Source: Promethearchaeota archaeon
GTDB lineage: Archaea; Asgardarchaeota; Heimdallarchaeia; Hodarchaeales; Hodarchaeaceae
Direction: 5' to 3'
Assembly: GCA_048938105.1 (NCBI GenBank)
Contig: JBHLMN010000001.1
Coordinates: 416,001 to 480,000, forward strand
Length of the DNA stretch: 64,000 nt
This document shows positions 9,444 through 17,854 of this stretch, piece by piece (the stretch's first letter is position 1; every line of letters starts with the position of its first letter). The position numbers were made by a program, and so were the translations under genes. A model generated the notes under the pieces. That model saw only the letters and a program-made list of their open reading frames with translations, searched no databases and was not told the origin of the DNA.

Positions 9444-11402
9444 ATGATTAGTCAAGAGACTTCAAGTGACATTCTTGTGATCCATCAAAACAAGATTGTC
9501 TTTAGCTCTGGTCAGGGACCCCTGACGAAGCACTCAAAGATTAGTGCAACAGTAACTCAAGTACTCACCCTGTTTTCTGAACGTATAATGAAAGGAGAGC
9601 AAATTCATTTCATTCGTTTTGAAAAACACCGTATGATTTTTCTGTTCTCTCAAAAAATCAAAGAAAATCAATTAGTTGCTACTGTTTTAATTCCTATCGA
9701 ACGAAGTGCTAGACAAGTCATACCTGCCATGAGTATTATTTTGCATATGCTAGAGGAATTCTATAAAGGCAATATTGAAGATGCAAAAAATAGTCAATTA
9801 GATTGTTTTTATCAGATTCTATCCTCGCCAGAAAATTCGCTTATTATCGTTCCAAGATCTCCTGAAGGAATATTAGCTGCTCTAATCATATTGACCGCCT
9901 TTGCTCATGACATGCAACTTGGGGTTCAGAGGATTGCCTCTAATTTACACTTTGTGGATCCTAATAACCCAATAGAACTGAATGAGATTGTTCGTATATC
10001 TGAAACTAATAGGATCCTTTCTTTCGTCCCTCTTCCTGGAGGAGAAGATAATGCCAATATCCTTCTATTTGGTTTGGCCTCACCTCGCAGACAATACTTC
10101 TCTGCTTATCCTGATGAGCAAATTTATGATGTTATTAGTCGCATTTTCGGAAATCAATCTAATGCAGCAAAAATGAGAAAATTTATTGCAAATAAAGATG
10201 CACAAGAAATTGCACAATCAATCTCTCTTCTTCCTCAATCTGAAGATGATTTTGTTCGTAAAGAAGTTCTTTTATCCACTGTTTTACAACCTGGTAAAGA
10301 TATAATTGTTACTATGACAACTCCAGTTATGCAAAAACTCCGAAACTTAGCTTCTACTACTCCCATTACTGAAAAAGTTCCTGTTATTAAGGAAACCCCT
10401 GCTTTCAAGGAACCTCCTATTGTTAAAGAAACTCCTGTTATCAGGGAAACTCCTGTCGCTAAAGAGACGCTTTTCACGAAAGAAGTTCCTAAGTCAACTA
10501 CTGATCTCGAAAGCATACCAATTCAATCTCCTGTTAAAATATCCAAAGAAGGCCAACAAGGGCTAAAGCATACAGATTTTGAATTAGACACAACATTAGA
10601 GCTAGTTGCAGAACCAGACGCGATTCCAGAAGAAACACAAAAATTGGTAACTAAACCTATCGAGACCATACCAGTAAGACATGTTGATGTTGATAGCGAT
10701 GTTTTAGCGCGCTTAGATGAATCAAGAAGAAGGGGGTTTGAATATAGATTAGATTCAGTTCCCTTGATAATTGATACTACTCCTTACGTAATTAATATGC
10801 CAGAAACTCAGAATTTACCTTTTCAAGAATCTAGTATTACTATCAGGCTTTTTCAGGAAAGAAATGGTCATTTTGTAATACATATTTACACATTTCTTGA
10901 TCGCTTGTCTGCTTTGAGAAACTCTTTAGAAGATCTTTCAATTAGGATTGGAGGAGAAACTCACTTAAGAGAAAATCATGTCTCTTTAGAAGGCCCTATT
11001 GATAAACAACAATTGGTTCTTCGAGCATTACTATGGTTAGGCATTATAGAATATCTTACACAAGTTGAAATAAAATTACAAAAGCTTCCGAGATTATTTG
11101 AGATTCCTAATGAAGGTTCAATCCTAATTATTCCCCCAAAAAGAGAATACATAAAGGAAAAAATTCCTAGCAAATTTCAGAACTTCGTTGAAGAATTGAA
11201 AATCCGCAACCAAATTGAACAAGAAGAACTCTGGACACTAGGAAAAGCTCAAAATGAAATCATCTCCCAAATAATGTCTCCTCTCAAACATGGAGAAGGC
11301 GTAGTTTTCATAGCTTCCGAAAATAACCAAGAAATGGAAGAAATAGCCTTATTTCTATTATATGTTTCTGAAATCTGTGGTATTGGATTTTCGAGATGGT
11401 AA
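9444..11402 (+). CDS. Hypothetical 652-aa protein; longin/DENN-like N-terminal half, PxxKET repeat linker, C-terminal domain
   Basis: Long ORF; N-terminal beta-beta-alpha-beta-beta-beta-alpha pattern; fold call is inference. Confidence 0.5.
   Translation: MISQETSSDILVIHQNKIVFSSGQGPLTKHSKISATVTQVLTLFSERIMKGEQIHFIRFEKHRMIFLFSQKIKENQLVATVLIPIERSARQVIPAMSIILHMLEEFYKGNIEDAKNSQLDCFYQILSSPENSLIIVPRSPEGILAALIILTAFAHDMQLGVQRIASNLHFVDPNNPIELNEIVRISETNRILSFVPLPGGEDNANILLFGLASPRRQYFSAYPDEQIYDVISRIFGNQSNAAKMRKFIANKDAQEIAQSISLLPQSEDDFVRKEVLLSTVLQPGKDIIVTMTTPVMQKLRNLASTTPITEKVPVIKETPAFKEPPIVKETPVIRETPVAKETLFTKEVPKSTTDLESIPIQSPVKISKEGQQGLKHTDFELDTTLELVAEPDAIPEETQKLVTKPIETIPVRHVDVDSDVLARLDESRRRGFEYRLDSVPLIIDTTPYVINMPETQNLPFQESSITIRLFQERNGHFVIHIYTFLDRLSALRNSLEDLSIRIGGETHLRENHVSLEGPIDKQQLVLRALLWLGIIEYLTQVEIKLQKLPRLFEIPNEGSILIIPPKREYIKEKIPSKFQNFVEELKIRNQIEQEELWTLGKAQNEIISQIMSPLKHGEGVVFIASENNQEMEEIALFLLYVSEICGIGFSRW
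10380..10490 (+). repeat. 18-bp tandem coding repeat (PVIKET-like, about 6 copies)
   Basis: PVIKET PAFKEP PIVKET PVIRET PVAKET LFTKEV. Confidence 0.8.
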
Positions 11403-11406
11403 GAAA

Positions 11407-11536
11407 GGCTAAAGGAAATCCTCGGCGAAGGCTGCTATTATATCGGTCAGCAGAGGCCTACCCGTAGCAATGATGCTGAATACCGTCCGGAATGGCAGAA
11501 AAGCTTATTGCTGAAATCTTTGTCGTATTTCTGGCC
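11407..11536 (+). ncRNA. Putative structured RNA of unknown class (three-way junction)
   Basis: GC-enriched gap between convergent genes; stems 11423-30/11518-25, 11415-19/11527-31, 11432-36/11449-53, 11465-73/11505-13, with G-U pairs on the + strand. Confidence 0.45.
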
Positions 11537-11577
11537 AATTCACCTTCCCATCTCCTATTATTCCAGTGAAATGCCGT

Positions 11578-12264
11578 TTAAAAATTATATTTGGGCTGGC
11601 ATTGAATTTTTACAATCTCAAAGTACCCTTCCTCACGATATTCATCCCAATGAACCTTAGATTTAAGAATTTCCAAATGTGCTGGAAAAAATGGAGCATC
11701 TAAAACGAATGATTCAAATTCTCCACCTTCACCAACCATTGATAAATCAGATTCAGGAACATTTTGTTGAAGTGTTTTTAATAACTCAGGAGTGATTTTC
11801 TTTCCTAGAAATTCTTTCTTCAACCCCATACCAGAAACAGAGGAAATTATGATATGAAACTTATTATCTAATAGTTCAGATAACAAGATCTTAGGAGATA
11901 TTCTCCATAAAGGGGAAAAACATTTCATATTCGCTAGCTGAGCTGCGCGATTGAACTTATATCGTTGAAATTCTGAACGTATTCCCCCTGTAATTACCGC
12001 ATCTGCTCCAGATTTAAGTAAAGCAGACTTTAAAGTGATTATTTCTTTTTCAACATCGCAAGTATCGATCATTATGGTCTGATGCGGAATGTCCAGGATA
12101 TTAGCGACCATAGCCACATGCTGACTGTTTGGTATATGAAAAAGTAAACTTTCTAAGCATGAAGATATAACAGTGAGAATTGATATTACCTCAAATTGAT
12201 GTAACGCTAGCCATAAAGCTAAAATGGAATCTTTACCCCCTGAAACAAGTGTAGTGACTTTCAC
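11578..12264 (-). CDS. dph6: Diphthine--ammonia ligase (PP-loop ATPase)
   Basis: SGGKDS, FH, QR, PLW, GEGGEFESFVLDAPFF. Confidence 0.88.
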   Translation of the reverse strand: MKVTTLVSGGKDSILALWLALHQFEVISILTVISSCLESLLFHIPNSQHVAMVANILDIPHQTIMIDTCDVEKEIITLKSALLKSGADAVITGGIRSEFQRYKFNRAAQLANMKCFSPLWRISPKILLSELLDNKFHIIISSVSGMGLKKEFLGKKITPELLKTLQQNVPESDLSMVGEGGEFESFVLDAPFFPAHLEILKSKVHWDEYREEGYFEIVKIQCQPKYNF

Positions 12265-12423
12265 AATAAATCAACTCTATTATTTCAAGAGAGTGAAATG
12301 TCCTCTTGGAAATTTATATCTTCTCTTTTCAAATCCCTTTCCTCGTAATTAAATTAAGCTTCTATTGGTATAATTTTATTTATCTATTCTTTAATTGTCA
12401 TTATTTTCCAAGAAATTAAAAAT

Positions 12424-13371
12424 ATGAAAATTCGATTCTTAGAGAGAGAAGAATTGTCTATAGAAATTGTTGAAGAAATAGAATTGCTCAAAAAGGAGCG
12501 TAATGCCCTTCTATTGGTACATAACTATCAGGATCCCAAGATTCAGGAACTTGGGGATTTTATAGGTGATAGTTTTCAATTAGCTCGGAGAGCAAAATTC
12601 ACAGATAACGATATCATTGTATTTGCGGGTGCCGAGTTCATGGCAGAGACTGCTGCTATTTTAAACCCCAATAAGAAGGTTTTAATTCCATCCCTTATGG
12701 CCAAGTGCCCTATGGCACATATGCTCTCTCCAAAGGAAATGAAATATTATAGAACTCAATATCCAAACGCCACTATTGCAGTCTATGTAAATACTACTGC
12801 TGAAACAAAAGCCATGGCCGATGTTTGTATTACTTCTGGAAATGCTGTTAAAATAATAAGGAACCTTGATAAGAAACAAGTTCTAGTAGGGCCTGACACA
12901 AATCTTGCTTACTACATTCAACAACAAATCCCTGATATAGAAATTATACCTTTTCCACAAGATGGGCATTGTTACGTTCACCGGAAATTTAATCCTTCTG
13001 ATATTGAAAAATTAAAAGCTAAATTCCCTGACGCGGAAATTCTTGCCCATCCAGAGGTTGGCCCTTCAGTTCAAAAGCTTACTAATAAAATCTATTCAAC
13101 TAATGGCATGTTAAAAGAGGTTGACAAATCCTCGGCTGAAAAGTTCATTATTGTGACTGAAAATGGGCTAGTAGATCGTTTAAGATCAGATTTTCCTACT
13201 AAAATATTCATTCCTACTCGTAAAGATGCGATCTGTATCCAACAAAAGAATATTACTACTTATAATCTATATCTTTCACTTCTGAATGACCAATATCGAA
13301 TTCAAATTCCACCAAATGTTGCTAAAAAAGCTCGTCTGCCCATCGAGCGAATGATCGAGCTTTCAGGATAA
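12424..13371 (+). CDS. nadA: Quinolinate synthase A
   Basis: HNYQ, GDSFQLA, FMAETA, CPMA, YVNT, CYVH, AHPE. Confidence 0.96.
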   Translation: MKIRFLEREELSIEIVEEIELLKKERNALLLVHNYQDPKIQELGDFIGDSFQLARRAKFTDNDIIVFAGAEFMAETAAILNPNKKVLIPSLMAKCPMAHMLSPKEMKYYRTQYPNATIAVYVNTTAETKAMADVCITSGNAVKIIRNLDKKQVLVGPDTNLAYYIQQQIPDIEIIPFPQDGHCYVHRKFNPSDIEKLKAKFPDAEILAHPEVGPSVQKLTNKIYSTNGMLKEVDKSSAEKFIIVTENGLVDRLRSDFPTKIFIPTRKDAICIQQKNITTYNLYLSLLNDQYRIQIPPNVAKKARLPIERMIELSG

Positions 13372-13388
13372 GTAAAAGAGGTCTCATC

Positions 13389-14288
13389 ATGTCATTTATT
13401 CCTCCAAAATTATTGGAACAAAGACTCCTTCAATTCCTCCAGGAAGATATTCAATATGGAGATATTACTAGCGAATTAGTCCCAAACATACAGGTTCATG
13501 CTAATTTGGTCTCTAACCAAGAAGGAGTTCTTTGTGGATTAGATTTTGCTAAGATTATTCTAGAATCATTAAATATTGAAGTTTCAAGTTTATTCAAAGA
13601 TGGAGACATTATCAGAAATGGGGATGTAATTTTGCAGTTACGAGGCTTGAGTCGGGCAATTCTCGTCTCAGAACGTACTATCCTAAATCTAATGATGCGG
13701 CTTTCAGGAATTGCTACTCAAACACGAAATCTGGTAGAAAAAGTTGAAAAATCAGGACACGCCATAAGGATCGCTTCTACGCGAAAAACAACTCCAGGAT
13801 TTCGATTTTTTGAAAAATATGCTATAAAAGTCGGAGGAGGAGATCCCCACAGATGGAATTTATCTGATACCATATTGATTAAAAAAAATCATCTCAGAAT
13901 AATTGGAGAGGAGGCTATTCCCTCAATCTTCAATCAGTTAAAAAATAAAACTTCTTTTACAAAGAAGGTTGATGTTGAGGTAGAAAATATATCTGAATTG
14001 AAGATAGCTTTGAAGTTTTCCCCAGATATAATTATGTTAGATAATTTTTCTATTGAGGAAATTGAGACTGCAACTGAAATTGTACAGCAGGAATCAACAC
14101 AAGTACGTCCACTTATAGAAGTTAGTGGAGGAATCTCTAAAGAGAACATAGATTTATACCTCATTCCTGGTATTGATATTATTTCTATGGGAAGTCTTAC
14201 TCACTCTGTTGAAGCTATTGATTTTTCGCTAAAAATCATGAAAACCGCTTCACCAACCCCTTTTGGAGAAATTAATAGTGATAATTAA
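13389..14288 (+). CDS. nadC: Nicotinate-nucleotide diphosphorylase (quinolinate phosphoribosyltransferase)
   Basis: ERTILN, STRKTTPG, GGGDPHR, EVE, IMLDNF, EVSGG, SMGSLTHS. Confidence 0.96.
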   Translation: MSFIPPKLLEQRLLQFLQEDIQYGDITSELVPNIQVHANLVSNQEGVLCGLDFAKIILESLNIEVSSLFKDGDIIRNGDVILQLRGLSRAILVSERTILNLMMRLSGIATQTRNLVEKVEKSGHAIRIASTRKTTPGFRFFEKYAIKVGGGDPHRWNLSDTILIKKNHLRIIGEEAIPSIFNQLKNKTSFTKKVDVEVENISELKIALKFSPDIIMLDNFSIEEIETATEIVQQESTQVRPLIEVSGGISKENIDLYLIPGIDIISMGSLTHSVEAIDFSLKIMKTASPTPFGEINSDN

Positions 14289-14532
14289 CTTGTTTCGTGG
14301 CTTATGTATTGCCTTTTTATCCGCTATAATTATAGCTTTTGTGATTTTCATTTTTTCACCATTACTACCTTTCAACATCTTTGAAGGGCCATTAGGATTG
14401 TTATTCTTTCTTGTAGTTATAGGATTATCCTTTATAGTGTATATTGTTCTACCCCCTGAATATTCATCTGATAATTCTACCTTAAGAAACACGAAGACAA
14501 ATCAGATTCAAAAATCAGAGAATTCCAATTAA
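14263..14532 (+). CDS. Small two-TM membrane protein
   Basis: Two hydrophobic stretches; fills the gap in a co-directional run. Confidence 0.55.
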   Translation: MEKLIVIINLFRGLCIAFLSAIIIAFVIFIFSPLLPFNIFEGPLGLLFFLVVIGLSFIVYIVLPPEYSSDNSTLRNTKTNQIQKSENSN

Positions 14533-14548
14533 GAAAGAAGGCCTTAGC

Positions 14549-15274
14549 ATGTCTAAAAATCAAGGATTTCAGTCTAAAAGAGCAGTTATGGAATCATCAT
14601 TCATTTCGAAGACCAGTTGCATATATGGACCCTCTAAAATCAAAAAAAAATCAATCATTGACTCTTATGTTGTTATAGGATATCCTACGAGAGAGAAAAT
14701 CAAACAATTACCTCTAAATAACGAAGAGCAATTAGACCTTGAAAATTATTATGATAAAATTTCAATTGGTTCCATAATTGGTGAAAGTAATCACATTCGA
14801 CCTTTTACGACTATTTATGAAACCTCTTCTCTGGGAAACCACGTCGAAACAGGAACAAATGTTATTATTAGAGAAAAATGTCAAATTGGGTCTGGGAGTA
14901 TCATTGGAAGCGGTACAGTTCTTGATAGTGGAGTAATGATTGGAAAAAAGGCACGAATCCAATCGAATAACTTTATTCCCCCAAAAATAACACTAGGAGA
15001 CAATATTTTTCTTGGTCCAGGTGTGCAATTTGCTAATGATACGTATCCTGTAAGTAGAAAATTAGTAAAAACTATTGTAGAAGATAATGCAATTATTGGG
15101 ATCGGAGCTATTATATTAGCAGGAATAACTATTGAGAATGGAGCTGTCATCGCAGCTGGTTCTCTTGTTACTAAGAATGTCCCTAGTGGCCACGTTATGA
15201 TGGGAACTCCCGCAAGATGTGTTATGACTCGAGAAGAATATGATTTGAAACAAAAGAATTATGAAAGATTATAA
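14549..15274 (+). CDS. Hexapeptide-repeat (left-handed beta-helix) acyltransferase, DapH/GlmU-like
   Basis: IG/LG hexapeptide repeats, GPGVQFAND, IAAGSLVTKNVP, GTPAR. Confidence 0.88.
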   Translation: MSKNQGFQSKRAVMESSFISKTSCIYGPSKIKKKSIIDSYVVIGYPTREKIKQLPLNNEEQLDLENYYDKISIGSIIGESNHIRPFTTIYETSSLGNHVETGTNVIIREKCQIGSGSIIGSGTVLDSGVMIGKKARIQSNNFIPPKITLGDNIFLGPGVQFANDTYPVSRKLVKTIVEDNAIIGIGAIILAGITIENGAVIAAGSLVTKNVPSGHVMMGTPARCVMTREEYDLKQKNYERL

Positions 15275-15354
15275 AAGAGGTCGCTAGGAACTCCCTTAAT
15301 TTATATGGGTAGAGAATCGAAGAATTCCTTTCTAAAAATATATCTTAAACGAAA

Positions 15355-15654
15355 TCAAAGAGGGGGGCAGCTACACGGATTGGCGCTACATTTAGGGCAA
15401 CAAGAAGGATATTTTCTCCATGCAGCAGTTTCTATATCTATATTAAGAAGATTACAAATAGAACAAAGCCATGCGAATACATCAGCTACTTCTTCTTCTA
15501 GGGAATTTTGATCATGATTTAAGTAAGCTTCTATTAGTTCCCCAATTTCTGTATATAACCACAATAGGCTTTTCTCAATACCTCTTTTCTGGTCTCGTTC
15601 TCCATAAAGTGTGAACATTAGCTCTTGAAATTCGTGAATTGAGTGATTTGCCAC
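15355..15654 (-). CDS. MazG-like nucleotide pyrophosphohydrolase
   Basis: EIGELIEA...EEVADVFAWL; C-terminal CPKC..PCSC. Confidence 0.88.
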   Translation of the reverse strand: MANHSIHEFQELMFTLYGERDQKRGIEKSLLWLYTEIGELIEAYLNHDQNSLEEEVADVFAWLCSICNLLNIDIETAAWRKYPSCCPKCSANPCSCPPL

Positions 15655-15667
15655 TATATACTCTCCT

Positions 15668-16684
15668 CTATATCAATTGAACCTTTGAGTGATCACCAAT
15701 GTTTAAATCATATCCTTTTCCGATCAGTTTGACCTTATCACCAATAAGTGAGTCATGAATATTTGTATTACAAATACGGGAATAATTTCCGACGATTGAA
15801 GACGAAATTATTGACTTCTCAACAATTGTACCTTTATCAATACTTACATAAGGACCAATAATAGAGTTTGAGATGAGACAGTCCTCTTGAATCGCAACAG
15901 GAGGAATTATCGCTGTATTATCCAATTTACATTCAATTGAGGACATCTTACTTCTGTCTAATACAAATGTGTTTGCTGCTAAGAGGGCCTCTTTTTTACC
16001 ACAGTCAAACCATCTACCAGAGTTAATTATTCCAAGAATAGAGCCCTTTTTCACCATTATTTGAAGAGCATCGGTTAATTGCAATTCTCCTCCTTTTCCA
16101 ATTTGATTAGAAGTGACTAATTCTTGTAAGGCGTATTTTAATTTTAAAGAGTCCCGTATCATATAAACTCCAGTAATTGCTAGTGATGAGGTTGGATTCT
16201 CAGGTTTTTCTATTAATTGTTTCACTATATTAGAATCTTCATGGGTAGTAACGATACCATAAGCTTGAGGATTAGAAACTGACTTAACAGTGATTGCCCC
16301 CGTCCATTTGGGATGTTTTCTAAACTCATCAAGCATTAGAGAAAATGGATTCTCATAAAGACTATCTCCAAGGGTAATTAAAACGGGTTCCCCATCTAAA
16401 AAATCTACAGCTGTATATATTGCATGGCCTAAGCCTCTACGATTTTCCTGCTCTATGAAAGTATAATTACAGGTTTTTTCATAATTAGATTCTATATAGT
16501 TAATTAGCTTTTCTTTTTCGTAACCTACAATAATAATTATCTCTTTAATACCCGTTTCAATAAGGTTATCTAAAATATGGGAGATTAAGGGTTTATTTCC
16601 TAATGAAAGAAGAACTTTTGGTTTTGTGTTAGTATGCGGCCGTAATCTAGTTCCCTTTCCAGCAGCAGGTATGATACATCGCAC
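15668..16684 (-). CDS. Sugar-1-phosphate nucleotidyltransferase (RmlA/GlmU-like) with C-terminal beta-helix
   Basis: IIPAAGKGTRLRP, PK, GLGHAI, LGD, EKP, ELQLTDA, WFDCG. Confidence 0.9.
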   Translation of the reverse strand: MRCIIPAAGKGTRLRPHTNTKPKVLLSLGNKPLISHILDNLIETGIKEIIIIVGYEKEKLINYIESNYEKTCNYTFIEQENRRGLGHAIYTAVDFLDGEPVLITLGDSLYENPFSLMLDEFRKHPKWTGAITVKSVSNPQAYGIVTTHEDSNIVKQLIEKPENPTSSLAITGVYMIRDSLKLKYALQELVTSNQIGKGGELQLTDALQIMVKKGSILGIINSGRWFDCGKKEALLAANTFVLDRSKMSSIECKLDNTAIIPPVAIQEDCLISNSIIGPYVSIDKGTIVEKSIISSSIVGNYSRICNTNIHDSLIGDKVKLIGKGYDLNIGDHSKVQLI

Positions 16685-16788
16685 GATTACAACTCCATAA
16701 ATCAGGAATGTTAAGTTCTAGTTCTAAATCCATTGGATTGTCTTTAGTTATATCCTTTTAATTCATTCTTTTTTTTAGCTAATTCATA

Positions 16789-17826
16789 ATGATAACATTA
16801 GAAATACTCGTTACTGCTCTCCTTGCGCTAGTTATTTCCGCAATCATAACACGTGTTCTCATCCCATGGGTAATTGAGTCCTCTTTAAAACAGGGAATTA
16901 CAACAGTTGATGCTCATAAAAAAAATAGCCCCGAAATCGCTGAGTCAGGAGGATTAGCACCACTACTGGGATTTATCTTTACTATTCTTATTTTTGTATT
17001 TATTTGGGAAAACATCATCTCGGATTCTCAAGTAGAAATATTTGAATCCCTCTTAGCAGGGCTTCTGAGTGTAGTGATTGCTGGATTAATTGGATTCTTA
17101 GATGATATTTTCAAAATTCGATGGCGCGACAAAATATTGCTAGGATTTCTACCAGCAATCCCTCTAATGGCTCTGAAAGTTGGCAAAAGTAGTATCAACC
17201 TAGGAATCCTAGGTATTATTGACTTTGGTAACTTAATAAATCTACCTTATATTGGATACATTAATCTTTACAGTCTTATCATAATACCATTAGCAGTGAA
17301 TTTCGCATTCAATTCATTTAATATGCTTGCTGGTTTTAATGGATTAGAAGCTGGGAATGGAACAATCTCCTTGACCATAATTCTTATTGCAGCACTTTTT
17401 GTAGGCGACCCCATTGTTGTTCTTTTTGTAACCTCATTACTTGGTGGTTTTCTGGTTTTACTCAAATTTAATTGGTTTCCTGCAAAAATCCTGATTGGTG
17501 ATACAGGAACTCTAACTCTAGGAACAGGAATCATAGTTGCTCTAATCATCGGTAACATGGATAGGTTGGCGCCAGGACTATTCGGATTGCATTTTGTAAA
17601 TTTTTCATTGTTCTTTCTATATCTTATTACTCATCAAACTGCAAAGATAGCTACTATAGATGATGAAGGTAATATTAAGGCTCCATGTCCCTATACTGTA
17701 TATTGGTTCTTTCCATATTTTTGGAAAATTGGAGAAAAGAAGAATGTAATCATCCTTCTTTTAATTCATACAATTATATCTGTAAGCATCTTAATCGTCT
17801 CATTACCAGCGTTCTCTCCTGTTTAG
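16789..17826 (+). CDS. aglH: UDP-GlcNAc:dolichyl-phosphate GlcNAc-1-phosphotransferase (GT4/MraY family, Alg7-like)
   Basis: DAHK..P.IAESGG, IGFLDD, NSFNMLAGFNGLEAG, FNWFPAKILIGDTG; multi-TM. Confidence 0.85.
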   Translation: MITLEILVTALLALVISAIITRVLIPWVIESSLKQGITTVDAHKKNSPEIAESGGLAPLLGFIFTILIFVFIWENIISDSQVEIFESLLAGLLSVVIAGLIGFLDDIFKIRWRDKILLGFLPAIPLMALKVGKSSINLGILGIIDFGNLINLPYIGYINLYSLIIIPLAVNFAFNSFNMLAGFNGLEAGNGTISLTIILIAALFVGDPIVVLFVTSLLGGFLVLLKFNWFPAKILIGDTGTLTLGTGIIVALIIGNMDRLAPGLFGLHFVNFSLFFLYLITHQTAKIATIDDEGNIKAPCPYTVYWFFPYFWKIGEKKNVIILLLIHTIISVSILIVSLPAFSPV

Positions 17827-17854
17827 CTAAAAGAAGCATGTAGTTGTATCCCCT

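Noticed and set aside
11407-11536. 5S rRNA, SRP RNA, RNase P RNA, SECIS or C/D sRNA
   Set aside because: Lacks the respective conserved motifs; GTCCGGAA lacks the SRP CAGG/AGCAG context; no neighbouring gene with an in-frame UGA; C'/D' boxes are not properly arranged
11561-11573. ORB-like ttccagtgaaatg
   Set aside because: Single imperfect copy, no G-string, 30 kb from cdc6
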